A DNA stretch of 64,000 nucleotides from the NCBI GenBank assembly GCA_965153455.1, contig OZ234493.1:8546213-8610212 (forward strand), read 5' to 3'. The position numbers were made by a program, and so were the translations under genes. The DNA is from Sphagnum compactum (taxonomy: Eukaryota). Every line of letters begins with the position of its first letter. Positions within the stretch are counted from its first letter, which is position 1. The notes under the pieces are model-generated. The model saw nothing but the letters and a program-made list of their open reading frames with translations. It was not told the origin of the DNA and did no database searches. Of this stretch, positions 26,401 to 40,250 are shown one piece after another.

Positions 26401-28388
26401 TTCTTTTCTTCTCAACTGAAGTCTGATTGCCATGTGGTTGGACAGATGGATCGGATTCTTAAGGAGGAGCGCAACTATATTCTTGGAATAATCAAGAAGA
26501 TAAGAGCTACAGGGTGCAATGTGCTGCTGATCCAGAAGAGTATCTTGCGTGATGCTGTTACTGACCTGTCACTGCATTACCTTGCAAAAGCAAAAATTCT
26601 GGTTGTAAAAGATGTGGAGCGTGAGGATATTGAATTTATCAGCAAAACATTGAACTGTCTTCCCATTGCCAATGTAGAGCATTTCCGTACTGAGAAGCTT
26701 GGTCATGCTGACTTGGTAGAGGAAGTATCAGTCGGCAGTGGACGGGTATTGTCTTTCATCTTGTCCTTTCTGTTGTTGCATACAGGTCAAACTTAGAATA
26801 TAACAGCTTCCTATACAAGAGTACCATTTGCATTTCTATGAATGTCAGTGCATGTTGATTTTCCTTTGTGTGGATTCCTGTACAGAATCAGGGAGGACAA
26901 AAGGTGGTACTTTTAGCATTTGACCTCAATGAGTGAGTTGACATTACTGCAAATGATGTCCAGATTGTGAAGGTGACAGGGATCAAGAATATGGGGCGTA
27001 CTACCACAGTGGTAGTTCGGGGTTCAAATGCTCTGGTCTGTCTCCTTGATTTGCTCTCCTGTCATGAACTGTTAGAAGCAGCTTTTGCATTTGTGTCCCT
27101 ATTCTGTGTATCCATTCTACTGTGCCAATGGTTTTTAGTAGTTGCTTCTGTGGGTGGCAGGTTCTTGATGAGGCAGAACGAAGTCTGCATGATGCCTTGT
27201 GTGTGGTGAGATGTCTGGTCAACTGGCGTTTCCTCATTGCAGGTACAATTGTGCTCTTGCTCTTCTTAGTTAGGTCTTTTGCTCATTAGTCTGGAATTGA
27301 ATTCTCTGAAGGTTTTCAGGCACTTAATCTTTCCTATATTCTCATTATCTGCCAGCATTTCAAATGGCACTAGTCAGTGTATATGCATATTCATAAGATA
27401 ATTGAGTTTGCAGGAGGAGGTGCACCTGAGATTGAGGTGTCTCGGCAGCTGGGTGCTTGGGCAAAAACTTTGCAAGGGATGGACAGTTTCTGTATCCGTG
27501 CTTTTGCTGATGCTCTGGAGGTGATCTTTCTCTCTTGTGCTTATGACTGTTCCCTTCATTTGATATCTGGTTCTTGCATATTCTCTAGGGGTTTTGTTAA
27601 ATGTCAGGTCAATAGTTTGATTTGATTGAACTGATGGTGCTGACCCTTTGATGTTACTTCCTCATCCCATCTTACCTATTCTCCTGAATGTCTTCAATTG
27701 CTTTCTGCATTTGGTTTTGCAGCAACCAGATAACTGCTATGCCAAGTTATCATGAAACTTTGGGCAGAGGGTGGGGGGTTGCCATATGTAGTGAAAAGGG
27801 TGAAACTTTATTTTCAGTGTTCTCCAGATACATTTCCTGCTATTAATCACATTGTGGCAAACTTTGTTGACACTAGATGTGAACAGTTATCTTGAACCAG
27901 GCTTTCTGTATGATGGATTTCATTTAGTTTAGGTTCCTTTGAGCTTACCAGCTGAGTTATGCGTGAAACAGGTGATTCCCTACACACTTGCAGAGAATGC
28001 TGGGTTGAACCCTATCTTAATTGTCACTGAACTTCGTAATCGGCATGCCAATGGGGAGGTATTTCTTAATTGTGTTTTTGTTCCATCCCCTGTGTGCATT
28101 GTTGTATGTTCCATTTGTTTAGCTGTTTGGATGTTGATGTAATGGTCTGCTTATGGCAATATGAGCGTTTTAAGTACCATGGTGACCAACTGCAAGCAAT
28201 GACAATTTGAAAATTTATGTACCTATGAGCAGGTAAACACAGGAATCAATGTCCGGAAGGGACAAATTACAAACATATTGGAAGAAAATGTGGTGCAGCC
28301 ATTGCTAGTCAGCACAAGTGCACTCTCACTGGCTACAGAGTGTGTGCGCATGATTCTCAAGATCGATGACATTGTCTCTACCCGCTAG
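23460..28388 (+). CDS. CCT4: T-complex protein 1 subunit delta (cytosolic chaperonin CCT/TRiC), 532 aa
   Basis: Exons 23460-23675, 24115-24199, 24605-24717, 25107-25190, 25808-25936, 26140-26307, 26446-26745, 26964-27035, 27161-27242, 27414-27520, 27972-28058, 28233-28388 total 1599 nt in frame. Motifs [27 protein letters not shown] and FQISPPKTD, the delta-type [13 protein letters not shown] and [12 protein letters not shown], and C-terminal [11 protein letters not shown]. Confidence 0.96.
25275..25695 (+). repeat. Ancient intronic dispersed repeat, copy B (CCT4 intron 4)
   Basis: gcagcttgaatgaggacac...cttctggaaatg...agctgatgaatgcag...gaaggtgatggtc...aaggttatgacctcactcattc aligns with copies A, C and D. 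Confidence 0.75.
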
Positions 28389-31300
28389 AGTGGGAATTTT
28401 GGTTTCTTGGTAGATAGGTATGAATCTGTCAAATCTGTCGTTCTTTATATCCACTGTAAGTTGCAGAAGTGGGAACAGGTTCACATCCCTTCTGGGTGTC
28501 CCTATTCTTCCACAAAACACACAGCAAGCTATGGACATTGTGTCTTCAGTTGAATGCAGAACTGATTTCATGGCAATTTTGAGTATTTGAACATCAGAAA
28601 TTCAAAGGTTTGTTTTTGTTGAAAATTTGAAATGAAATGAAATTCAGTTCAAGATGTTCCAAGAACGGTTTTACGAGCAAGTTGGTACTCCTCTTTGTAC
28701 CTTGCACAGGCAGATTGGTGGTTTTGAAGGCATAATGTATTGTTTCCAAGGAAACCAGCAACAAAGACTAGTTTTGGAGTTGCACATATCAATCAAATTC
28801 TTGAATTGAGATGCATTTGTTTGCAAAACTAAAGGAACGGTAGTGCCTGGATTACTACTGCCAGGGTGACACTTTGAGGCTGTTGCATTGATGCATCAGT
28901 GAGATTTAGTTTAGGGGTCTTCTGAGAGACAGCGCAAAGGGTTGATACCTTGGCTAATTTTTGAAATACAGGCCATAAAATTGATCTAATGATGCCAGTC
29001 CCTCTGCCATTTGTGGAGAGAGTTGAAGGAAAGGAATCTAGACTTTGTTCAACTGGAATGTAAATGTAAATCACACAAAGGGAGCAGAGAAGTTGGGGTT
29101 TGTTGCAGATGGACAGTTACTGTTTGTTTCTAAAAACTCCTCCCTCATAATCAGGTAGGGAAGACTGAAAGTGTAGATAACCTGACTTCCCTGTTGGAAT
29201 TGAGCATCAGAAATTCACATTACCAGCACTTGGAACTGTACCAAAACTAGAAAGGACATTCTCACCAATCAAGCCACAAAAAATAAAGCCACTAAATTCC
29301 CACACTGTCCACTGATAGTGTCTCCTACCCAAATCAAGGAATTTTCTGACCAGATTTAAGATGGATTGAAGAGTATGTGCCAGAAGAAAAAGAGACAATT
29401 CTCATGATATAAAAGAGTTTTCCTTAAAGTCATCCTGTCTTTGGGCCTCCTTTACCCCCTCGCCCCTCTTTGAGTGAGGTCTGCAAAGTAATGAAATTCC
29501 ACTATTTCTGAGGTGGACTGGCAGTCATCTGCTGGTTCCACATCCTGTAGTGCCAGTACCCAATTGTGATGTAAATCGATGGTGGCAATTTGTGAGTCAC
29601 AACCTTCCTTCATTTAAGCTCTGGAACAGGCCCTAGAAGATCTGTTATCGGTTATCACCTGATGGAATGGCATTGGGGCTCGTAAAAAACAAACCGTGGC
29701 CTGGGAAAAGCTTTTGAACCTGAATCATAAAACCGAGAAAGAAGCGAGACACAAAAAGATTGTCATTAACAAAGTCCTGCGAAGCAAAGTGACGAAAAAG
29801 AGTACTACAGGACAAAAAACCCGTCAGAACGCTCACCGTCCATCAACTACCAGGAACTAGGTCACCGGCAGGACGTTCATCTGGCGAGGAGCTACAGCCG
29901 AAGCCGGCGCAGTACCACCGCAGCAATCGCGCTCAGGACAGCAAGCAATTTCTCATCGTCCGGGATGTGGGTCTTGTCTATGTTAGAGAACACTGATCAA
30001 ATGCACGCACTATAGAACAGATCCTGTTCAAGTATAGTCGTAGTGGAGACGTGAATCTAAAAGGTTTATATAGACTGTATAAAAGTTTTTTCATTCAATA
30101 TGGGTTATATGGGAAGCGAGAAAGCCACTCGGCCCCTTCCGCTTTTCTGCAGGTCCAAAGAGAACGAACCACCAGCATGTGGCTGAACCAGAAATTAGTC
30201 ACGAGGCCCACGATTCCATTCTCTTTTTTGTTCCTAGAGAATTCCTGCTAATCTCGTAGAGATAAGCACGATCTTCCATGGCTTTGTGATGGTTTCAAAT
30301 TGGCTGTAGTGCAGAGTTTTGGAAAAGAGGGTGGAGGGGGAGGTTTTCTTTCTCCCAGATCCTCACTCTTTGGGTGTGTTCTGTAGAACTACCCGAAGTA
30401 AAGGCGACTGGGAAAATTTTGAAGGAAGGAGGTAGTTTTCCAAGAAGATCTCCTTCTTATTAAAAAGTATGCCTTTGCTTACCACCACCTTAATATGCTT
30501 GGTGAAATTTCAACAAAGTTGGCAAGCTCGTCAATCTTTTCTCCTGCAAAAAGAACCAAGTGCCACATAATTTTCCTCTGGCATCCATTTACTGGGTGGG
30601 TTATGTCTGCAAATAAAACTCATTCATGAGTTGTGTGATTACACCCACAACAGTCAAGCTCAATCCAAGGTAAGCCATGTGATGTTTTCACCATGTCTTT
30701 TCACCTTGCGAACATTTTTAGTCACAAAAGTAGGACAAGAAGTTGTATAGTTTATATGCCACGTGGCGGTAGTCTCTGGCATATCTTCAGGGAGGTAGTT
30801 TGAACATGGTTCAGATTTTTTTTGAAATGGTACGTTGTACAATGTAGCACAATGTGAACCCTTTGATTTGACCTATTCATACACTAATAGCCAATATTCT
30901 TGTGTCATATATGTATATACATACGTGCAGTCTGTGGCAGCTGAGTTGCATATTCTAAATGACAATATATGTTTTGCAAATACATTGTTGTTTGGTGATG
31001 ATGTTGAATTCTAGGGATTTTGATGAAATGTTGAGCCAACATCCCATAACCTTCACAAAGGATTGTGAAGATCTCTCCTTTGTGAAGGTTATTGGAGATG
31101 GAAGAAAGTAATGCTTTGTAACAATCAATGTCTTTTGTTATCTTTGATTGGATTGAGTAGTGCAACATTGGAATCTGAACAATGCTTCTTCTGAGATGCA
31201 GATGGTGGTTATAGGCAAAGGGGTGGTGGCATGGGCAAAATGGACAGGGACAAGTAGCTAGATGTGGAGAAGCAGTTGCAAGTAGACCATGAAAAGAGGT

Positions 31301-32081
31301 GGAGTTCCCTTCCAAAATTGCACAGTCAATGAATGAGGTATATGGATCGTCCTCTACTCTTCTATTTTTTTGGCCAAGGTCCTCAAATTTGTATTGGGTT
31401 TGAAGCTTCATGTATCCTAAGCTTTGCATATTAACTGTTTCATCTACCCATTTATGTTGTCATCACAAAAGCAAGTAGACCTTGCTCTTCAAAGGACACA
31501 AACCATAAATTTGTCATTGATAGATATGATGACATTGGCTCCGTATGCTTTTTCTCAAGGTAAGAACTTCGTTTGGCTCATGGTGATTTGAGATTTCCTG
31601 CCTGGAAGTGTTGTCGTCTATGTTAAAAACAAAGTTGAATAGTTCTGCCAGCATGGGTTTAAGATTGAGTGTTGTACCCAGTATCTTCATGTGGTTGTTG
31701 AATATACGATGGGTGCCAGAAAGAATGAATATGTTATGAATGACAGAAAAATTCAAGCAATACATTCAGGATTATGGCTGCAATGCACACACATGGTGAG
31801 AGGTCAATGTGGGCACCGCATTTTTGCTGATTTGGGGCATGCAACAAGTGTGCATCATCTAATACACATCTACATTCATTATTGACTTTCTCTATTATTT
31901 CTTCAATGTTTCTGTTTTAGAGGTGTTGTGTGTGTGTGTGTGATTTTTTTCCCCCTTCCCCTGTTTTGGAAAGTCACTTTTTGTCATTGGGGTCTTGAGG
32001 GGCCTTGGCACTAACAATTGAGGATTTCTGCACCCTCTTTTAGTCTACACATTCTCCAGAAAATAAAGTTAATCCTTCAAG

Positions 32082-32765
32082 TCACCCTGTCTTTGAGCCC
32101 TAGTTTGACCCTCTGATCCCTGTTTCATCCCCAATTTGAGTAGAGCCAGAAAGTGAGAGCAACTGGGTATAGTTTAATGAAACTGGGTATCAGTCCATAA
32201 GATTTGCTGGATTTGATTTCAACAAGACTTGATTTGATGAAGAATACTAGCAACAGTGAAGGTGCAAGTAAGGTAAATCCAAAACTGGGGACGAATTCAC
32301 GTGAGGACCAATTGGTGAGAAAACCAATTTGGTACCCTTTATACATATATATGTATTTCCTTTCCTGTCAACTATTTTCATCCTAACTTTTGCTTTCATC
32401 CCTTTTGGCAAAACTGGGGCCCAGTACACCCTGTTTGGGGTACTTTATGGATAATTCTAATAGAGTTATTTAAAAAATCACCGTCTTTGTGCCCTAGTTT
32501 AGCCCTGTAATCCCTGTTATCGTCCCTAATTTCAGGGTAACCATAAAGTGAGCGAAACTGATACAATCAATGAAACTGGGTATCAGTCCAAAATTTGACT
32601 AGAATCTTGACAAGACTTGATTCATTGAAGAATATGAGTAGCAGTGAAGGTAAATCCAGAAACTGGGGGTGAAACTTTTTTTTTTTTTCTGTATACTGTT
32701 TTCATCCTGACTTTTGATGTTGTCCCAATTTTGACAAAACTCTGGCCCAGTATCCGCAGTTTGGA
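32082..32765. repeat. Diverged direct duplication (two units of about 290-360 bp)
   Basis: cacc(c)gtcttt..gccctagttt...aatgaaactgggtatcagtcca...ggcccagta occurs at about 32082-32440 and about 32478-32765. Confidence 0.8.
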
Positions 32766-35700
32766 GTAGGGTAGAGAGGCTGGTCAAGAACACCTAAAAA
32801 CACAGAGGAACATGGCAATCTCCTGCGACCTTGGTTACCTCTGAGGTCCACAGATGGATTGTAAAGGAGGTTTGGGCACACTTAGTGTTCTTTAGATTGT
32901 GCAATTTGGATTTCAGACACAAAAGTTATGGGCTCTGAAAGGTCTCAGCCTCATTGTTATATAAAAAAAAGAGTCATAAAACATTAGGCCTACTTATGTT
33001 CAAACATTACACATCCTATCAATGAACATCGTACATTAACACTTGTCACAAATCATGCTTATCACCAAACATTGACATTCTCTAATTGATCACACATGTT
33101 GAAAAAATCATAGACTTTTATTCAAGGGCCAAGATCAAAACCCTAAAAAGAGCAAAAAATTGTTTGGTAATCAAACCTTAAAGCTTGTTAAACCCTAACT
33201 AAAGCACCACTCTCCCATGGAGTGCTACTCCACACTGCTACCCCTTCCCCCTTACCTTTCCTCTCTCCTCTCCCCACCCTTGGATTTAACTCTCCCTCCT
33301 TCATATTTTGCTTGTAAGCTTGGACGCCCTCCTCTTTCACGAAGTTCCTTTGGCTATGGCAACCCACTCTTGTGGATCTTTCAAGGTGGTTGCTCGTGGT
33401 TCTACTTACTCCTCTTGTGTGCCGAGGGTACATCACCTTTGATTGAAACTCCTAACACTAGGTCTTTTGTGTGTGTAGGTGGTGGCATTCATTAAGGATT
33501 CTGGTTGCATTGTTTGTGTTCAAATGGTAGCTTTCATTGAAGCACCTTGTTCTTGATTAAACAAAGACCTTTCCTAAATGCATATGTGTTTCATGTTGCG
33601 CCTTTGCGCTGTGTGTGCCATTGTTGCGCTTATGTTCCATTCGTGAGCTACTCCTCAGCTCGTGAATTTCTTAGACTTGCATTATTCTTCAACTCTCGAC
33701 TTTCTTGCGTTGCTCCTCTCCTAAATGCATATGTGCTTGTTGTGCCTCTACAACACAAGTGTTGCATGTGTGTTGTTGTTGCACTTGTGTTCCAAGTATA
33801 ATTTTCATGTTATTCTTGTGTTACTTTCATGTTGTTCTTGTTCTATTCCCGTGCTACTCCTCAGCTTGTGACCTTCCTAGACTTATGCTACTCCTTAGTT
33901 CATCTTTATCATTTGTTTTGATCTCTCTTTTGTTCATTTTTAGTAATAACTACTGATATTGTTTTCTCTCCTTTGTTCATTCTCAATGACGGCTATTGTT
34001 ACTCCTCTTTCCTTTGCTCATTCTTATTAACAACTATTGGTCCCCTTCTCTTTCCTCTTGTTTATCCTTAACAATTATTTCTACTCTCCTCTTGTTCATC
34101 TTCAATCCAACCCCGTATTGTTCTTTGTCATCTTATTCTATTTCATTGAACATCAAACCAACCCCCTACCCCACCTTTTTAACTTTAGTTGTGTGTTTGA
34201 AATTGTTATAAGGATGCTGCGACTTCCTTTCTAGCTTGCATTTGAGCCCTGGCTTATTACTTGGCCTATTTTTGTGCTTATGTTGTTGAGCCAAGGTTCA
34301 CACGCATGTATCCGAGAGGGTGAGCTTGCATACCCACCTTGAAATTGTGGTGAAATTTGTCTCTTGCCTTTCTAATTGTTGAAGATGATCAAACAATAAT
34401 GAAATTGGCTCGTTGTTGTTTTACAAGTTCCCTTTCAACCATTCTTTTTGTTGAAGTCAATGTTGTAAGTGTTTTTTTTACATGCTTGTCTTGCCTTTCC
34501 TTCCTTCTACTTTCTCTAATTTGTTTTGCCACCTCCCTATCCATTGCCTTTCACCGCATAATATTCAAATTTTTTCTGAAATCACACCATGCCAAGGTTA
34601 TTTTATTTGGTTCAATGTAATTCCTACTAACCATTGTTGTGTCTCTATCCCTTCTAAAAGTAAATTTGAAAGGCTTGAAACAACTCACATCCAAAAGTTG
34701 AAATGCATGTGATGTATGTGAAGGTAAAATGATCATATCCAACCCAAACTCTTTAGCTCATTCAATTGCCTTAAAGGTGTCATGGGATCCATGCCCATCC
34801 AAGATGAGCAAATGCCTATTTGTTAGGGATATTCCACTTGGTATTGATTTCTAAAAAAAAACCAAAAAATCCTTGAAAAGGTAGGTAGTCATTCATGCTT
34901 TTGATTGCATAGCCATACAAGTTCTTGATTTGCAGAATTGTATGTAATCGTCACATATCTTCTTTCCACTGAATATGTAAAACCTTGGTAGTGTTGTTTT
35001 TACTCCACTAAGAACACAATTAATAGTCAACCATTCCCTAAACTTGCATATAGTGTTGTACACTTAGTGTGAACCTTGTTTTATTAGATCCCTTGTTTTT
35101 AATTGTATGTCTTATTGTTTGGACGCCTATTCATCAAAATTTTAGATGTGATCTACAACATAATTGTGTTTATTGTAAAGGGACAGTAAGTTTTGGTAGA
35201 ACCTTTGGCAGGATTGAGTTGTTAGTCCTTGTTTCAACTAATATCCAATCCTTCAACTTGACGAATGTTGAGCTCACAATGTCTCTACTTGAACCAATAC
35301 CACTAAGAAGTCTTTGGTACTCTCCCAAAAAGGTGTTGGCCTTGTTTGAATGAGTTTTGCCACTTTCATTTTTAACTATTGCAAGTTGATTAACAACCCA
35401 ACTTCATGCATAGACAAAACCCAAGCAACCAAAATTTGTTCTTTTATTATTAACATGCTTGATGGCCCAAGTTTTTTAAATCTTATTTTCCCATATAAGA
35501 TGTTTTGACTTAGCTAGTTTTACAATCCACTTCACCTCTTATGAAGCACGTTCAACATCATGATCTAGATTCCCTTAGCCCCAACTTCCAACACATTGGG
35601 GGTGTGTTATCTTGCCTTACAAGACGTATAGACTTGAATTTTTTGTAATTTGCCCAGCTTCCAAAAAAATATGATAGGTCATGGTATGTTTGAAATGCAT

Positions 35701-37035
35701 GTCTCTAATTGTTTGGAAGAAGTTACCGATGCATACAACTACTCAAAGTCATTCCAAATTAAGTTATGGTTTTTTTTTACAACAAATTACGATTTCTTTA
35801 AGTTGGATGAAATCTACCTCTTTTATGACTACTTAAATTGTATCTATGATCTATAGAACTTTGCATCCAATGGTTATATAGAAACTTCTTAAAATTTTGG
35901 TTGTAAAACTAATCTATTACAACCTTTCCTAGTTGTCCTTTTACATCCACCCCTTAATCCTGATTTTCTATTTCTTTTTGATAGCATTAGGATTTGAAAT
36001 TTAAAGTTCAAGTTCTTGTAGCTCCTCTTTGGTTAATTTAGTGTTTAAATTTTGTTGATGTACCTCATTTGGCTCCTCTTTGGCTATTCTAAGATGCCCT
36101 CCTTGTTCTTGTTGATATGTAAGGACTTGTGTTTCTAATCTATAGTTATTTACAATTATTATGTTGTTTGGCCTTTGTTAGTCTAGCCCATATGCTCTCA
36201 AAATGTTGATGAAAGATTTGAGACTTTCTCACAACTTGGAAGCTCTAACATGTTGAAAGATTTTTGCTTGTGAATTTGAAAAATCCTAAGGAAAACACTT
36301 CATGTAAAGTTTGGGATCTATATGTGTCAAACGACCATTTTTAGGGGGTTATTAAATAATTGTCCAACCTATACAGTGCAAGTTTGGATCAATAGGGTGA
36401 TCCAAATTGTGTATCCAGACTTGCATCATACCATACACTTGTGAATTTGAGCATGTTATTTTTGACAGGAATGGGATGTGCTTGGACTTGTGGGGAAATT
36501 GGAAGCTTTCCCCTAATTAATGTCTAGCTGCTATTTTTCCATTGGATTTTGGTAAACTGTAATCCTTGTTTATGTTTAGTTGTGTGCTGTTTAACATGAC
36601 CTACACACCCCATCACCAAACTTGTTATAGTCATATTATTCTTCAGTTCAATTGCCTATCACCAAACATTCCAAACTTTAGGCCCTTGTAAAATTGGACC
36701 ATTTTTTTCACATAACCAAACATTAGAAGTACCCCATGTTCCCCCTTGCATAATGAAAATCAACTCATGGCCCTTCACCAAACTAGTCCCTTGTAAATTA
36801 TTCAAAACTTTTACAAATCTGCCCGCCGAAACCCCTAATACTGAACACTAAAATTTGATGGCTGGTTACCAATATGAAAAACCCAAAACAATTTTTTTCT
36901 CAACCAAGCGTTTGGTAATGGGCTAAAAAGACAAAGACCATAAGATTTTTTGTATTCTAACACAGGGCAGCTGCTGCACTACATGAGTGCTTGGTGAGTG
37001 ACCTATGTTTGGTGATGGGCCAGTTTACCCTACTC
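32764..37035 (-). mobile_element. pogo/Tigger-like (Tc1-mariner superfamily) DNA transposon, decayed
   Basis: Inverted termini GAGTAGGGTA (32764-32773) and TACCCTACTC (37026-37035), the latter followed by TA. Subterminal atcaccaaac / gtttggtgat motifs at both ends. Internal DDE_1-type transposase remnant. Confidence 0.65.
34380..35560 (-). pseudogene. DDE_1 (CENP-B/pogo-type) transposase pseudogene
   Basis: NRHLLILDGHGSH (about 34782-34820), ILPSHTSHAFQLLDVSCFKPFK and FYIFSGKK, plus an HTH-like segment WVLSMHEVG...LKMKVAKLIQTRPTPF. Stops and frameshifts present. Confidence 0.85.
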
Positions 37036-40014
37036 TATGCATTACTCTAATATATGTGAGACCGATGTTATGATAAAACTTTGTTTTTTGGCCTCAACAT
37101 TGGCTTGATTACAACTTACACCCAAGTTCAAAAGTAGTAGATGCATTTCTCTGGTTTGTGCCCAACCTATATGATGGTTGCTTTTGTCGTAGAATTAAGA
37201 AAATATGGTCATAAGTATTTGTAATAAGTCTCCTCATAATGCCAGAGTACCTATTCTAAATCCAAGCAAAAAATGCAATTCAACAATTTTTTTAAAATTT
37301 AATTTAATTTAATTTATATAAAATGGGCTAGATACTCAGGTGTAAGGGACTTTGAGTGCCCCCCTCTATTTCATTTTTTGTGTTACATAGTAGTGCACTT
37401 GTTTGTAAATCTTTAGAATGTTGCATCCAAAGGAAGAATATTTTACCAATAAATGCAAATAAGAGCAAGGCATGGAAAACACACCTCAAAGAATGTAGAA
37501 GTCCTGTTGCATGGTTGTAAAGAGGCAAAGATAAGATCAGGGCTCCTTACACCCAACATGATATTGTGTATGGTAACCTCCTTAGGAAAACACGTGAATG
37601 GTGTAATGTAAAAGTGCAATAAACTTCCAAAATGCCACAACAAAGAAATCACAATTCTTGTTTGTGAAACACAATTAAAGAAAGAGTCTACACTTTGTAG
37701 ACTTGGGTCTAATATTTAAACCCAAGAGAGAGAGAGGGGGAAAAAAAAAAAAAAAACTTTTGATCATTGCTAAAGATAGTGTGCTGAAAACTTATTACCT
37801 AATTGCTTACATCTCCCATTTTAGGGTATTTTCCAGATTGAGATGCTTGACTTAATTCCAATTAAGGTGCATTCACACCTAATGTTAAGTGAAAATCTAG
37901 GTGGCATTTTAGGTGGTACCCAATGTGAAATGGGTGATTGTTTAATATTAAGTGAATGTTAACTTAACATAAAATCTTCGTGCTAAATAGGTTTAGGTTC
38001 TAAATGACTAGCTTGGTGTTAGGGGACTTAATAGTAGAGTCCTTCAACACAAAGTGTGAATGTGGTTACCTTTTTGCACATTTAGAGTGGCATTTTGAGG
38101 TGATGTGACCGGAGGGTACTTTGGGAGCAAGGAGGGCTACTAATTTTCACATTTTCTTTATTTCCTAGACCATGGTTTGGAAAGTAGTTTTCTTTGATTC
38201 AGACTGATTTCCTTAACCAATGTCTTAACTAAAGAATTTTTTATGTGCTTATTTAGGGACAAATCATTAAATCCTTTATCTAAAAAAATGTTAGATGTGG
38301 AATTTTTAGGTCATGTTTTGTCTAAATCTAATGACAAAGAAAAGCCTTTCATAAATTTTATGTAATTGAAAGGAAGATGATGACAACCAGTGCTTGTTTT
38401 TTGAGGTAAAATTTCGCCACTTTTTCATGAAAACAAAATTCAGTGTGACTCATGTAAAGGATTTTTTTTTATTAAACAAAAAAACGGTGTGAAAGTCGCC
38501 ACATCTTTTAGCACAAAAATTCCTGATCCACATTAAAAGCCATATTTAGACAATAGGCACTGGTTTTTTTGGGTTGTGAGATTTCGCCAAAATAAGGGGG
38601 GAATTTTTTTTTCTTTCATAATATTCTTTTTTTTGGAAAAAGAACGCCGAACTTCAAAAAAGAAACTTGGAAAATTTTTACAGTAAATTTGAAACTCTGA
38701 TTTTATTTTGGTACCATTTTAAATAGTTAAAAAAAATTTATACAAGTTCTAAAAACCTATTGCAACTTAATGCTAAATCCCTCTTAGAATGCTAGCCAAT
38801 GACGCAGCATCAGAAAATATGGAAAAATAAAAATAAAAATCACTGTCTACCATTATTTTCAACAAAAACATGTTTCAATACCTAAGGATTAATCAAGGAC
38901 AAAACTGACTCTTCGGTATTGCATTAACTAGTAACTTTTTACTTGTCTGCAAAACCAAGAAATTCAGATTATCTTAGAGCATCTCCAGCGGTGCTCAGTA
39001 TGTGACCCTAACAAAATTATTCACATCCAAGTTTAGTTACGTACTCTATTGCGAGAACCCACCCATAAAACTGAAACTGCGACAGCAGCAAATACGTGGG
39101 GGACTACTAACGACAAACCACCTGGACCAATCATTATGATGGGCCAACGAGAAACAGTGAGCAGCAGTTGTTAGATCATATTTGTTACACTCTTTTCTGC
39201 AGCTATACAGCGCTGATGCGCCTTTTACCAGCCATATCAACATGCCCAATTATATGGGGGCTATGAGTTGATTTTGTAAAAATTAAGTTTCAATTGATTG
39301 ATTTAAACCCTAATCGCCAGTCACACCTGGATTTTTTCAAATTTTAAATGGCTCTAAAATTTTAAGATTTTGATGGGGATTTTTTTTTTAAAAATTAAAA
39401 TTTTTTTTTTGGGGTGGTGAGTGAGTGTAACTTTTCAAGATCTTTCTTATGATATGATGTTCAAGAAAATATAAATTATTTGGAATTATTTTATGTTAAA
39501 AAAAGAGTCGTCGGCATACCGCCCATTGTTTTTGTAAATGATGTTTTTATCAGAAAATTCGTTCCAAAAAAAAGGGGGGAGAAGGAGGAAAGTGAATAAA
39601 TAAATAAAAGAGGAAGGAAAGGAAAAAAAGGGGCGGAATCAGGGCACAATTATGAGGGGTTGGTACCCCCCTTGTTTTTCCAATTTACACTATGTATAAA
39701 ATTTTGGCGAATCTTTTTTTTGTCACCAAGTGGCAAAATTTAGCCAAAAAGAAAAACACTGGCAGGGTTTCCTTATTCCTCAAATATGTGACGTAGGTGG
39801 GTTTGTCCTTTGTCACAAGAGAACTTATTGGCTTAATTTGGTGACAAATAATAGTGGGAAGTAGAAGGTGTTTGGACCCCTAATAAGAAATTAGAACTAT
39901 TTTTTTGTTGGAAATTTTCACTATCTTCTCTAACAAAAATTCCTTTGGAGGGGTAACAGCTCTTTTTCAGATTTTGTAGCAATTTTGCTTGGACTTAGGG
40001 TGACGTTTTTTTTC

Positions 40015-40250
40015 TTCCAATTTTGTCATGTAGCTAAGGTGGCGATAATTTCAAAAATGATTTAGCCAGATTTGGCAATTACAAAAATTGAAAGTAAATT
40101 TCTTTATAGCATCCTTCTATATATTTGGCGATCTATTAGAATTTATTGTGGCCCTTGGTGAAAGTTAATTTTTTTTTTGTCGAAATTTGGCTACTTAAAA
40201 ACCCAAAAAATACCTAAATTTTGCCATTTGATGATTTTTTTGCCAAAAAA
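40015..40250. repeat. AT-rich dispersed repeat family (further copies at about 44200-44710 and 49410-50120)
   Basis: Shared motif caattttgt(g/c)atgtagc....gtggc(g/a)at.at....gattta(g)c.a.atttggc at 40018, 44203, 49409 and 49826. Confidence 0.65.

Noticed and set aside
37862..38990. Possible Tourist/Harbinger MITE termini (ggtgcattcacacc at about 37865, gagcatctccagc at about 38976)
   Set aside because: Partner TIRs are degenerate or absent and no TSD pair could be confirmed.
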